DNA of 64,000 nucleotides. Source: an uncultured Bacillota bacterium. Its GTDB lineage: Bacteria; Sysuimicrobiota; Sysuimicrobiia; Sysuimicrobiales; Segetimicrobiaceae. Numbering within the stretch: position 1 is the first letter of the stretch; each line of letters begins with the position of its first letter. Of the stretch, positions 39,942-53,011 are shown piece after piece. The notes below the pieces were generated by a model, which worked only from the letters and a program-made list of their open reading frames with translations, did not search any database and had not been told where the DNA came from. The stretch spans positions 1-64,000 of the forward strand of contig CAWDRG010000022.1 in NCBI GenBank assembly GCA_963804645.1, in the 5' to 3' direction. A program made the translations under genes and the position numbers.

Positions 39942-41564
39942 CTAGAGTGGGTTTTCCGACGACGTCTTGCGCGCGGCGGCGCGCAGCAGGTATTTCTGGA
40001 TCTTTCCGGTCGCCGTCTTCGGCAAGGCGTCGGCGAATTCGACCAGTCGCGGCGCCTTGAAGTGCGCCAACCGAACCCGCGCGAACGCGATCAGCTCATC
40101 CGCCGTGACCTCGCTGCCTGGTCGGCGCACCACCACCGCCTTGACTGTCTCTCCCCACACGTCGTGTGGTACGGCCACGACCGCCGCCTCGAACACCGCC
40201 GGATGCTGGTACAGGACCGCCTCGACCTCCACGGATGACACGTTCTCACCGCCGCTGATGATGAGGTCTTTCTCGCGATCCATGATTTGGAGATATCCGT
40301 CCGGATGGATTACCGCGAGATCCCCGGTGTGAAACCATCCACCCGCCCACGCCCGGCGCGTCGCCTCTGGATCCGCGTAGTAGCCCGGGGTCGTCGTCGG
40401 GCCCCGGACCACGATCTCGCCCACGTCCGCCCCGTCCCGAGCCACGTCGGTCAGATCCGCGTGAACCACCCGCACCCGCCCGGTAAGGAGCTGCCCCACC
40501 CCCTGGCGCGCCTTCAGCGCCGCCTGTTCCTCGCGCGGCCGCGTATCCCATTCGCGCCGCCATTCGCACACCGTCAGCCACGGCCCCGTCTCCGTCAACC
40601 CGTACACGTGCGTGATTTCGAACCCGAGCTCGTCCTCCATGCGCCGAATCAGCGCTGACGGCGGCGGCGCACCCCCCACATACCACCGCACCCGCTGCTG
40701 CGGCCGCCACCCCGCCGTACTCGGGTCGCTCCCGAGCAGCACCAACACCGTCGGCGCGGCGCAAGCCACCGTCACCCCGTGTGCATCGATCAGCTCCACA
40801 ATCGCCGGCGGATCGACCTTCGGCAGGCACACGTGGGTGGCACCCACCGCGGTGATCGCCCACACGCCGCCCCACCCGTTGACGTGGAACATCGGCAGCG
40901 TGTGAAGGTACACGTCCTCCAGGGTCAGCCGCGCGTGCACGATCACGTCCAGCGCGTTGAGCGCCGTGATGCGGTGTGTGAGCACGACCCCTTTGGGCCG
41001 TGCGGTCGTGCCGCTCGTATAGTTGATCGTGATCGGGCCGTCCTCGTCGAGATCGTCCACCCGGTCCAGCATGCGCTGCCGCGCTGCGGTTCCGGCGGAC
41101 GCGATCACCCGCTCCACCGTCGTCCACGCCGTGCCCGCCACCGTGGCATCGGCCAGCACCACCACTCGGCCATCGACCGCGCCGGCCAGCTCGCGCCCGA
41201 CGTCGGCCAACGCCGGGTCCACGAGGAGCACGCGCACGCCCGCGTGCGTCAGGATGTACAGGTAATCGTCCACCGTGAGCCGCGTGTTCAGAGGCACCAG
41301 CGTCGCGTGCGCGAGCGGCACCGCAGAATAGCACTCGAGGGCCCGGTGTGAGTTCAGCGCGAGGAGTGCCGCCCGATCTCCCGGCCGGAGTCCGACGTCC
41401 GCGAGACCCGCCGCCAACCCGGCACACCGCGCCGCGAACTCCCGATAGCTGAATCGCGCCGGCCCGTCCACCACGGCCAGGCGCGTCGCGTACACATCAC
41501 CGGCCCGCCGAAAATACTGCAACGGCGAGAGCGGAATCTTCGGACCGTGCCTGTCGTCACGCAT
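39942..41564 (-). CDS. Acyl-CoA synthetase (AMP-forming)
   Basis: YTSGTTARPKG, LPMFHVNGW, YGLTE, FHTGD, ISGGENV, PKTATGK. Confidence 0.94.
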   Translation of the reverse strand: MRDDRHGPKIPLSPLQYFRRAGDVYATRLAVVDGPARFSYREFAARCAGLAAGLADVGLRPGDRAALLALNSHRALECYSAVPLAHATLVPLNTRLTVDDYLYILTHAGVRVLLVDPALADVGRELAGAVDGRVVVLADATVAGTAWTTVERVIASAGTAARQRMLDRVDDLDEDGPITINYTSGTTARPKGVVLTHRITALNALDVIVHARLTLEDVYLHTLPMFHVNGWGGVWAITAVGATHVCLPKVDPPAIVELIDAHGVTVACAAPTVLVLLGSDPSTAGWRPQQRVRWYVGGAPPPSALIRRMEDELGFEITHVYGLTETGPWLTVCEWRREWDTRPREEQAALKARQGVGQLLTGRVRVVHADLTDVARDGADVGEIVVRGPTTTPGYYADPEATRRAWAGGWFHTGDLAVIHPDGYLQIMDREKDLIISGGENVSSVEVEAVLYQHPAVFEAAVVAVPHDVWGETVKAVVVRRPGSEVTADELIAFARVRLAHFKAPRLVEFADALPKTATGKIQKYLLRAAARKTSSENPL

Positions 41565-41796
41565 CCCCTGCACGCCCCGACCGCTGCGATGCCGTCTGCA
41601 CCTGACCCACCGCCGTAATCTCCGTCCAGGCATCCCGCGGCACCCCGAAGCGCTCTGCGACGTCGAGCACTTCGGCGAGCGTCCGATACCAAAATTCTTC
41701 CTCCGCCAAGCCGGCGCGTGCTGCGCGCCGCCAAGGTAGGCGACTCCCGTAAGTGTGTGTGCCCCCGCGTGCGGACGAGACGTCAGCGCCGCGGCG

Positions 41797-43191
41797 TCAC
41801 TTCAGGGACGACAGGTAGTCGACCAGCGAACTGAGCTGCGCCGGCGTCAGCGTACTGAACGCGGGCATTCCCTTCGACGTCCCGTGCGTGATCGTGGTCC
41901 TCATCTGGGCCGCCGTCAGCGTGCCGCCGATGTGCGACAGATCGGGTCCGACCTTCCCCCCGGTCCCCGCGATCGTGTGGCAGTTGGCGCACCCTTGCGC
42001 CTGAAACACCTGGACGCCTGCGGCGGTCGCGGGGCTCGACGCCGCGGGGGCCGCGGCAGTGCCGGGCGGCGCCGGCGCCTGCGCGCCCACGTACGTAAAC
42101 CCGAGCACGCCCGCGACGACCAGCACCGCGCACGTCGTCGCCAGCGGCCGCCGCAAGGGGTGCCGCTGGGGGGACCGATCGTAGAACGGCAGGAACAGCA
42201 CGAGGAGCACCGCGCCGGTCACGATCAAAAAGATGTACAGCGGCTCCCAGTCTCCCTTCAGGTACCAGAGCAGCTGAAAGAAGTTCAGGAAGTACCAGTC
42301 GGGCCGCGGCACGTACGTGGTCGAGTTCGGGTTGGCCGGCTTCTCGAGCGGATTGCCGACGGCGATCGCGAGGATGGAAATCGCGGCGAACAGCACGAGC
42401 ATGAACACGGCGTCCTTCAGCACCGACAGGTAGAAGGGATGCCCCGCCTGCTTCTCCATCGCGTACTCGCGCTCGTAGCGCTCGCGCGTGGACAGCCCCG
42501 CCCCGGCGGCCCCGAGGTCGAGCGGCACCCGGCGCGGCGGCGCCGCGATCCCCTGCCGGATCACCATGAACAGATGCGCGACCACGAACAGCACCAACCC
42601 CGCCGGCAGCAGCCAGATGTGGAACCCGTAGAACCGCTGCAGCGTCATCGCGCCGATCGCCGTCCCGCCGCGCAGCAGCCGCAGCGCCCACCCGCCGACG
42701 AACGGCGCCGCCCCCGCGATGTTGGTGCCGACCGTGGTGGCCCAGTACGCCTTCTGATCGTACGGCAGCAGGTACCCCGTAAACGCGAACGCGAGCACGA
42801 TCAGCAGAAGCACGCCCCCGGTGATCCACGTCGTCTCGCGCGGATACTTGTACGCCCCGTACAGAAACGTCCGCAGCATGTGGAGGCCGATGATGACCAC
42901 CAGGAAGCTCGCCGACCACCGGTGGATGCCGCGCACAAACTGGCCGAACGGCACCGACTGCCCGATGAACTGGACGCTTTGGTAGGCGTGGTCGTCCGCC
43001 GGCGAGTAGTAGATCGTCAGAAAAATACCGGTCGCAAACTGCACCGCGAGCAGGAACAGCGTCGCGCTCCCGAACGTGTGGAACCAGCCGATCCCCTGCG
43101 GCACTTTGCGGTCCATGAAGCCCCGCCAGATCGGCGTAACTTCGAGCCGCTCATCCAACCACCCCACGACACGCTTCCACACAGGCGTCAC
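41797..43191 (-). CDS. Cytochrome b + subunit IV + c-type cytochrome fusion (bc complex)
   Basis: RGIHRW, LHMLR, FTGYLLP, FHIW..AHL heme ligands, PDWY Qo motif, C-terminal CANCH...GPDL...MP. Confidence 0.92.
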   Translation of the reverse strand: MTPVWKRVVGWLDERLEVTPIWRGFMDRKVPQGIGWFHTFGSATLFLLAVQFATGIFLTIYYSPADDHAYQSVQFIGQSVPFGQFVRGIHRWSASFLVVIIGLHMLRTFLYGAYKYPRETTWITGGVLLLIVLAFAFTGYLLPYDQKAYWATTVGTNIAGAAPFVGGWALRLLRGGTAIGAMTLQRFYGFHIWLLPAGLVLFVVAHLFMVIRQGIAAPPRRVPLDLGAAGAGLSTRERYEREYAMEKQAGHPFYLSVLKDAVFMLVLFAAISILAIAVGNPLEKPANPNSTTYVPRPDWYFLNFFQLLWYLKGDWEPLYIFLIVTGAVLLVLFLPFYDRSPQRHPLRRPLATTCAVLVVAGVLGFTYVGAQAPAPPGTAAAPAASSPATAAGVQVFQAQGCANCHTIAGTGGKVGPDLSHIGGTLTAAQMRTTITHGTSKGMPAFSTLTPAQLSSLVDYLSSLK

Positions 43192-43784
43192 GCTCCCGAC
43201 GGGAGCAGCGCTCCCATGTACAGTGTGCCGTTCTCGACCTTCGTCGCGTACTGGTCCAGCGGGCGCGGCGGCGGCCCCGAGACGTGCTTGCCGTCGGCGT
43301 CGAAGACGCCGCCGTGGCACGGACAGAAGAACAGCTTCGCACCCGTGTTCCAGCTGACGGGGCAGCCCAGGTGGGTGCAGTGAAAGTCGAAGACCGCGGC
43401 CTGATTGCCGCTGCGCCGCACGTACACGGCGACCTGCGCGTTCTCGGTGACCCAGCCGTCCTGCACCGGCATGGCGACGGTCACCAGGGTGGGCGTCCCG
43501 TCGGGCAGCGCCGTGAGCTCGCCGACCGCGACCCACGGCACGCTCGCCTGCAGGGTCGGCGGCTCGGAGCGCCCCAGCCACCGCCACTGGTACGTGCCGC
43601 GCAGGGCCGGGCCGAAGAGGAACACCACGAGCGGCAGCCCGAGCACGACCCCGATGAACGCGGAGATGCCCGCGAGCATGCGCATGACCACCTGGCGGCG
43701 GGTCGCCGTCTCCGGCTCGGATCCGCTGGGCGATCCCCCAGCGGGGACAACAGGTTCAACACTGGACTGCGAGTGACTTGGCAC
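43188..43784 (-). CDS. Rieske 2Fe-2S subunit of the bc complex
   Basis: Tat-like TRR + TM helix, CTHLGC, CPCHGG, GPPPRPL. Confidence 0.94.
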   Translation of the reverse strand: MPSHSQSSVEPVVPAGGSPSGSEPETATRRQVVMRMLAGISAFIGVVLGLPLVVFLFGPALRGTYQWRWLGRSEPPTLQASVPWVAVGELTALPDGTPTLVTVAMPVQDGWVTENAQVAVYVRRSGNQAAVFDFHCTHLGCPVSWNTGAKLFFCPCHGGVFDADGKHVSGPPPRPLDQYATKVENGTLYMGALLPSGA

Positions 43785-43877
43785 GTGCGCCTCCTCCGTG
43801 ACCTAGCGTGTCCGAAGCCGGAGCGCCGAGAACCGCGCCCCGCCGGGGCGGACCGCCCCATGGCCGTTCCCCACGCG

Positions 43878-45515
43878 TCACCAGACGCGCATCCCCGCGG
43901 CGTTCAGCTGCGTCGTCGAGATCAGGTTGATCAGCACGGGCCCGTACGCCAGCACGATCAGCAGCACCGCGAAGCCGATCCACATCCGCCAGTTGTCCAG
44001 CCACGCCGGCACCGGCGCGGCCTCGTACGGTTCGGCGATCGGCATCTCGACCGGCTGCGTCGCCTTCGCCCCGGCGAACACCGTCCCGACCACCACGATG
44101 AAGAACAGGGTGACGCTGATCCACAGAATCACCCCGCCGACCGCGCCATCCACGAGGTACGGCTTCCACGCGGCGTCCAGGTAGGTGGCCGACCCGAGCG
44201 CGACGCGGCGCGGCACGCCGTAGTCGAGGCCCACGAGATGGTAGGCGCCGGACATGATCAGCATCCCGAGGAACCACGTATACGCCTGCGCGAGCGCGAG
44301 CTTCGGCGCCCAGAGCTGGCGTCCCGTGAGGTGCGGCAGCAGCCAGTACAGGATGCCGATGAACGTCAGGGTCACCGCGGTCGCCACGGTCAGGTGGAAG
44401 TGGCCGGCTATGAACAGTGTGTTGTGCACGACGAGGTTGACGTTGTACGAGGCGTTCACCAGCCCGCCGATGCCGCCGAACGCGAACAGGATCATCGCCA
44501 GATTCTGCGCGGCGTACGACGGGTCGTGCCACGGCAGTGCGCCCATCCACGCGAACAGTCCCCGCCCGCCACGGGCGCGCGCCCCGATCTCAAGCGACGC
44601 GATCACCGTAAACGCCGTCATCATGCTCGGGAAAAACACCGCGTACGTGAGCAGCCCGTGCACGGCCTTCCACGCGGGCGAGATGCCCGGGTCGAGAAAC
44701 TGATGGTGCAGGGCGACCGGGACGGACAGCACGAGAAACAGCCAGAACGAGAGGCGCGCCAGCGGATCGCTGAACAGCTTCCCGCCCGCCTGCTTCGGCA
44801 TCATGACGTACCAGGACACGTACGCCGGCAGCAGCCAGAAGTACACGAGCGCGTGCCCGAAGAACCAGAACTCGGTCCGGGCCAGCAGCGGGTCCGTGCC
44901 GCCCAGCCACCCCACCGACCAGGGAATCAGCATCCCCAGCATCTCGGCCGCGACGCCGAGGGAGCAGATCTGCCACATCACCATCGTGATCAGCGAGGCG
45001 AGCGCGAGCAGCGGGGTGCGCTCGCCGGGGTGCTCCCGCCGCCACCGTCCGTAGGTCACGTAGTAGCCCCAGCCGGCCACCCACGACCCGACGACGACGA
45101 GGGTGAGCCCCACGTAGAACGTCCAGTGCGCCTTCATGGGGGGATAAAACGTGTAGAGCACCGTCGCGTTGTTGGTGAGGAGCGCCCAGGCGGTGAGCGC
45201 GGTGCCGACGACCATCAGGACGAACCCGACGACGTTGAGCCACGGCGCGTCGAGAGGCCGACGGAGCCCGTAGGTCACGGTCAGCGTAAAGAACCCGATG
45301 ATGAAGAACGTCGTCCACACGAGCGCGTTGAACACGCCGTGGATCGACAACCCCTGATAGTACGAGATCCCGCCGGTCGCCGACGGATACAGGTTGACCC
45401 CCGCGTGCTCCAGGGTCTGCAGCGGGCCGAACCACGTGCCGACGGCGAGCGCGACCAGCGCCACGCCGATGTTCCAGGAGGCCAGGGCCCGCTCGCGGGC
45501 GAACATCGTCTGCAT
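43878..45515 (-). CDS. cbaA: ba3-type (family B) cytochrome c oxidase subunit I
   Basis: YYQGLSIHG, YTFYPP, FWFFGHALVY, LHHQF, GHFH, PRR. Confidence 0.94.
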   Translation of the reverse strand: MQTMFARERALASWNIGVALVALAVGTWFGPLQTLEHAGVNLYPSATGGISYYQGLSIHGVFNALVWTTFFIIGFFTLTVTYGLRRPLDAPWLNVVGFVLMVVGTALTAWALLTNNATVLYTFYPPMKAHWTFYVGLTLVVVGSWVAGWGYYVTYGRWRREHPGERTPLLALASLITMVMWQICSLGVAAEMLGMLIPWSVGWLGGTDPLLARTEFWFFGHALVYFWLLPAYVSWYVMMPKQAGGKLFSDPLARLSFWLFLVLSVPVALHHQFLDPGISPAWKAVHGLLTYAVFFPSMMTAFTVIASLEIGARARGGRGLFAWMGALPWHDPSYAAQNLAMILFAFGGIGGLVNASYNVNLVVHNTLFIAGHFHLTVATAVTLTFIGILYWLLPHLTGRQLWAPKLALAQAYTWFLGMLIMSGAYHLVGLDYGVPRRVALGSATYLDAAWKPYLVDGAVGGVILWISVTLFFIVVVGTVFAGAKATQPVEMPIAEPYEAAPVPAWLDNWRMWIGFAVLLIVLAYGPVLINLISTTQLNAAGMRVW

Positions 45516-45520
45516 CCCCC

Positions 45521-46000
45521 CTACCTCGCCGGGTCGACGATGATGCGGCCGGCCATCGTCTGATGGTTCAGCCCGCAGTATTCGTCGCACCAAAACGGGT
45601 ACGTGCCCGCCTTCCGAAACGTCGCCGTCAGGTCAGACACCTGGCCGGGCAGCACCATCATGTGGATGTTCGTGCCTGCCACGTAAAAGCCGTGCTGCAC
45701 GTCCTGGCTGGTCAGGTGAAACGTGACCGTGGAGCCCTGAGGGACATGGATCTCATTGGGGAAAAACGTCCAGATCTGCGCGCGGATGTACGCTTCGTAG
45801 CGCCCCGGCCCGAGCTGCCGCAGGCCGGGCGACGCGAACGGGCCGGCCGACCCGACGGTCGCGGGGTTGACCCGCACGGAGACCCCCGGGACCTCGATCC
45901 CGCCCACGATCGCCGTGACGGCGATGGCGACGACGAAGATGACCAGCATGATGCCCGTGGCCCAGAGCCAGCGCTGCTCGTAGCGGTCGAGGTGCATCAT
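45521..46000 (-). CDS. cbaB: ba3-type oxidase subunit II (CuA)
   Basis: Single TM helix; DVQHGF and CDEYCGLNHQTM CuA motif. Confidence 0.94.
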   Translation of the reverse strand: MMHLDRYEQRWLWATGIMLVIFVVAIAVTAIVGGIEVPGVSVRVNPATVGSAGPFASPGLRQLGPGRYEAYIRAQIWTFFPNEIHVPQGSTVTFHLTSQDVQHGFYVAGTNIHMMVLPGQVSDLTATFRKAGTYPFWCDEYCGLNHQTMAGRIIVDPAR

Positions 46001-46149
46001 TGCGTCGTCCCCCGGCTGAGCATCACGAAGTAGATGCCCCCCCACGAGAGGATGATCAGCAGCATGTACACCGCGAGCAGCGCCACCGTGCCCTGCGGCG
46101 CGTGGTACCCGTCGTCACCCGGCTGCGGTCGTGGATGGTTGTCGTTCAT
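45997..46149 (-). CDS. cbaD: ba3-type oxidase subunit IIa (50 aa; below the ORF-track cutoff)
   Basis: MNDNH...PQGTVALLAVYMLLIILSWGGIYFVMLSRG; PxG..W..Y..RG pattern; GAGGA RBS; ATGA overlap with cbaB. Confidence 0.85.
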   Translation of the reverse strand: MNDNHPRPQPGDDGYHAPQGTVALLAVYMLLIILSWGGIYFVMLSRGTTQ

Positions 46150-46230
46150 ACGGTCCTCGTCACCCGGGCACACCTCGAGCCAGACGGCTGCTGCTGCATC
46201 GAGTCCCTCCCCTGTCGATCGAGTGACGTC

Positions 46231-49439
<3,209 letters not shown>

Positions 49440-49443
<4 letters not shown>

Positions 49444-49709
49444 GTCGGGAGGAGCGGCTGCGGAAACACCTCGAGGTGCAGGAACACCGGCTCAAGAGGG
49501 CCGAGCAGGCCCGCGGGACGCTTCTGTCTCGGGCGCTCTACGTCGGCACGGTGGGCCTGCTCTTGGTGCTGCCGCCCGTGGCGGGCGCGTACCTCGGGAA
49601 TTGGCTCGACCGGCGCGCCGGCGCCTACTCCGTCCAATGGACGATCTCGCTGATCCTGCTCGGCCTCGGAGTCGGCGTGTTCAATGTGTACCGGTTGATC
49701 AAGGAGTAG
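49440..49709 (+). CDS. atpQ: AtpQ (AtpZ/AtpI-like) N-ATPase accessory membrane protein
   Basis: G..G...PPVAGAYLGNWLD, two TM helices; GTGA overlap with atpC. Confidence 0.85.
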
Positions 49710-49712
49710 CCT

Positions 49713-50405
49713 ATGCTGAGCGGCGCGCTCACGGCCACCGTGGTGTTCCAGCTCGGACCGCTCCAAGTGACGAGCACGACGGTCACCACCTGGGTGATCA
49801 TGCTCGTGTGCGGGCTGCTCGCGTGGGCCGGCAGCCGGCGGCTGCGGATGGCGCCGGGCCTGTTCCAGACCGCTGTCGAGGCGGTCGTCGCCCTGATGGA
49901 AGACCAGATCCGCCAGGTCGCCCCGCAGCTCACGTCCGAGCTCCTGCCATTTATCGGCACGCTGTGGATCTTTCTCCTCGTCGCGAACCTCAGCGGCCTG
50001 CTGCCCGGCGTCGCGTCGCCGACCCAGGACCTCTCGCTGACCGCGGCGCTGGCGGTCGTCGTCTTCCTGTCGGTGCATTGGTTCGGCATCCGGACGCGCG
50101 GCGCCGCGGCGTATTTCCGCCACTATCTCAAGCCGACGCCCCTGCTGCTGCCGTTCGAGCTCATCAGCGAAGTCACGCGGACGGTCTCCCTCGCCGTCCG
50201 GCTGTTCGGCAACATGATGAGCCTGGAGCTGACGGCGCTGCTGGTCCTGTTTGTGGCGGGGTTTCTCGTGCCCATTCCCATTCTGATGCTCCACATCGTG
50301 GAAGCCCTGGTGCAGGCGTACATCTTCGGGATGTTGGCGCTAATCTACGTCGCCGGCGGCCTGGAAGCGCAGGCCGAACGGCAGACCGAAAGGAGTCAGC
50401 CATGA
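49713..50405 (+). CDS. atpB: F0 subunit a
   Basis: ANLSG, PT.DL, SLAVRLFGN, QAYIF. Confidence 0.95.
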   Translation: MLSGALTATVVFQLGPLQVTSTTVTTWVIMLVCGLLAWAGSRRLRMAPGLFQTAVEAVVALMEDQIRQVAPQLTSELLPFIGTLWIFLLVANLSGLLPGVASPTQDLSLTAALAVVVFLSVHWFGIRTRGAAAYFRHYLKPTPLLLPFELISEVTRTVSLAVRLFGNMMSLELTALLVLFVAGFLVPIPILMLHIVEALVQAYIFGMLALIYVAGGLEAQAERQTERSQP

Positions 50406-50668
50406 CTGGCCTCAGCTGGATGGCGGTCGTATCGACGGTGGCGGCGATTCTGGGGATGGCGATCGGCGTGATCGGGCCCGCGCTGGGCATGGGCCGCGCC
50501 ATCAGCAGCGCGCTCGATGCGATCGCGCGGCAGCCCGAGTCGGAGGCGACCGTGATGCGCCTGCTGTTCATCGGGCTCGCGATGATCGAGTCGCTCGCCA
50601 TCTATTGTCTGGTCATCGTCCTCATCATCTTGTTCCGCAATCCACTGTTCGCGTACCTGGTGAAGTAG
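50402..50668 (+). CDS. atpE: F0 subunit c
   Basis: GPALGMG, ARQPE, LAMIESLAIY, FRNP. Confidence 0.95.
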   Translation: MTGLSWMAVVSTVAAILGMAIGVIGPALGMGRAISSALDAIARQPESEATVMRLLFIGLAMIESLAIYCLVIVLIILFRNPLFAYLVK

Positions 50669-50784
50669 GCGGGAGCCCGGATGATGTTCACCCGACATCG
50701 TCGCGGCGACGAACGCGGACAGGTCCCGGCGTCCTCCGGCGCTCGGTCCGGAGGCATCCGGGGGGACACACGGGGGCGATCGCG

Positions 50785-51528
50785 GTGCAGCTGAACGGGT
50801 CCACGTTTGTGCTGGAGATCATCAACTTCCTGATCCTCGTCTGGATTCTCCAGCATTTCCTGTATAAGCCGGTCCTCAACCTCGTGGCCCGACGGCGCGC
50901 CGCCGTGGAGCAGATGGTCGCGGACGCGCACGCGCTCCAGCAGGACGCCGACGCCTTGAAACGCCAGTACGAGGCCCGCGCGGCGCAGTGGGCAGCGGAA
51001 CACGAGGCGGCCCGCGCCGCCCTCGCAGACGAGATCGCCGCCGAGCGGGCGAGGCAGCTCGGCCACGTCCGCGCCGAACTCGAGCAGGAGCGGCAGCGGG
51101 CGGACGCGCTGGAGCAGCGCCGGATGGAAGCGCTCCGGAGGCGGCTGGAGCAGGCCGCCGTCGAGACCGGGGCCCAGTTCGCGGCGCGCCTGCTCCGCGC
51201 CGCGGCCGCGCCCGAGCTGGAACAGCGTCTGATCACCCTGCTACTCGAGGGTCTCCCGACGCTCCCGGCGGAGCAGCGAGACGGCCTGCGCGCCGCGGCA
51301 GCGGCCGCACACGACGTGGCCGTCGTGACCGCCTATCCGCTGGACGACGGCACGCGCCGGTCGATGGAGCGCGCGTTCGAGACGGCGTTGGGCGCGGCGG
51401 CGGCGTTCCGGTACGCTGAGGACCGCGCGCTAGGGGCCGGGGCCCGCGTCACGATCGGCCCGTGGGTCCTGCGCGCGAATCTTGAGGACGACCTGGCGGC
51501 GTTTGCGGAGTTCGCCCATGGCGCCTGA
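50785..51528 (+). CDS. atpF: F0 subunit b with fused delta-like C-terminus
   Basis: [20 protein letters not shown], coiled coil, VVTAYPL...LGAG delta-like tail. Confidence 0.92.
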   Translation: MQLNGSTFVLEIINFLILVWILQHFLYKPVLNLVARRRAAVEQMVADAHALQQDADALKRQYEARAAQWAAEHEAARAALADEIAAERARQLGHVRAELEQERQRADALEQRRMEALRRRLEQAAVETGAQFAARLLRAAAAPELEQRLITLLLEGLPTLPAEQRDGLRAAAAAAHDVAVVTAYPLDDGTRRSMERAFETALGAAAAFRYAEDRALGAGARVTIGPWVLRANLEDDLAAFAEFAHGA

Positions 51529-53011
51529 TACGGCGGCGACCGGTCCCCTCGAGACGCAGCGGGCCTGGCTGGCCACGTACGCGCCGGGGCTCCGCGTGGC
51601 GGAGCAGGGCACCGTGGTGTCCGTGGGCGACGGGATCGCGTGGATCGCAGGCCTGCCGTCGGCCACCCTGAACGGCGTGCTCGAACTGGAACACGGGGGC
51701 CAGGCGATGGTCTTCGACCTGAGCGACCGCATGGTCGGCGCCGTGATCCTGCGGGACAGCGGCACCATCACCTCGGGCACCACGGTCCGGCAGACGCGCG
51801 GCCGGCTCGCGATGCCGGTCTGTCCCGAGCTGCTCGGGCGGATCGTCGACCCGCTCGGAAGTCCGCTCGACGGCGGGATCCCACTCACCCCGACGGCCTG
51901 GCAGCCGCTCGAAGCCGCCTCGCCACCGATCGTGGCCCGCGATTTCGTCCGCCGGCCGCTGTACACCGGCATCAAGGTCATCGATACGCTGATCCCGATC
52001 GGCAAAGGCCAGCGGCAGCTGATCATCGGCGACGGGGGCCTGGGACGCACGTCGGTGGCCTTGGACGCGGTGATCCACCAACGGGGACAGGCGGTCCGCT
52101 GCGTCTACGTCCTGGTCGGGCAGAAGCGGTCGACCGTCGTGAACGTCGTCGAGACGCTGCGCGCGCACCGCGCCTTGGAGTTCACTACCGTCGTCGCCGC
52201 CGAGGCGAGCGCGCTGCCGGGCCTGCAGCACCTCGCCCCGTTTGCGGGATGCGCCGTCGCGGAGTACTGGATGCAGCAGGGCTACGACACCCTGGTCGTC
52301 TACGACGACCTCGCAACCCACGCGAAGCTCTACCGCGAACTGTCGCTGCTGCTGCGCCACCCGCCGGGACGCGAGGCGTACCCGGGCGACATCTTCTCGA
52401 TCCACGCGGGCCTGCTCGAGCGGGCGACGTGCCTGAACGCCGAGCACGGCGGGGGCAGCATGACGGCTCTGCCGATCGTCGAAACGCTGCAGGGGGAGAT
52501 CGCGGCGTACATCCCGACGAACCTGATCTCCATCACCGACGGGCAGGTGTATCTCGACCGGCGGCTCTTCGCGAGCGGCGTCCGCCCGGCGATCGACATC
52601 GCGAAGTCCGTCTCCCGCATCGGCGGACAGGCGCAGCATCCCCGCATCAAAGGCGAGGCGGGCCGGATGAAGCTCGACTATCTCCAGTTTCTCGAGCTCG
52701 AGGTGTTTACGCAGTTCGGCGCGCGCCTCGAAGCGTCGATGGAGGCCGCGATCCGCCGCGGCCGCGTGCTGCGGGAGATCCTGAAGCAGGACCGCCTGTC
52801 GCCGGTGCCCATCGAGTCTCAAATGGCATGGCTGGTGGCGTTCAACGAAGGCTTGCTCGACGACGTGGAGCTTGCGGACGTCGCGGGGCGCCTGGACGCG
52901 CTACAGCGCGGCGTCGAGCAGGCGTCCCTCACCGTCGACAGTCCGCGGTCCGAATGGGTCGCGGCCGTCACCCGCACGCTCGGCGGCGCGCCGCGGCCCG
53001 CCGCACCATGA
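51518..53011 (+). CDS. atpA: N-type F-ATPase alpha subunit
   Basis: [44 protein letters not shown]. Confidence 0.95.
   Translation: MAPDTAATGPLETQRAWLATYAPGLRVAEQGTVVSVGDGIAWIAGLPSATLNGVLELEHGGQAMVFDLSDRMVGAVILRDSGTITSGTTVRQTRGRLAMPVCPELLGRIVDPLGSPLDGGIPLTPTAWQPLEAASPPIVARDFVRRPLYTGIKVIDTLIPIGKGQRQLIIGDGGLGRTSVALDAVIHQRGQAVRCVYVLVGQKRSTVVNVVETLRAHRALEFTTVVAAEASALPGLQHLAPFAGCAVAEYWMQQGYDTLVVYDDLATHAKLYRELSLLLRHPPGREAYPGDIFSIHAGLLERATCLNAEHGGGSMTALPIVETLQGEIAAYIPTNLISITDGQVYLDRRLFASGVRPAIDIAKSVSRIGGQAQHPRIKGEAGRMKLDYLQFLELEVFTQFGARLEASMEAAIRRGRVLREILKQDRLSPVPIESQMAWLVAFNEGLLDDVELADVAGRLDALQRGVEQASLTVDSPRSEWVAAVTRTLGGAPRPAAP

Noticed and set aside
51640..53007. Apparent N-terminal extension of AtpG (746-aa ORF)
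   Set aside because: Overlaps atpA in another frame; gamma starts at 53008 with an ATGA overlap
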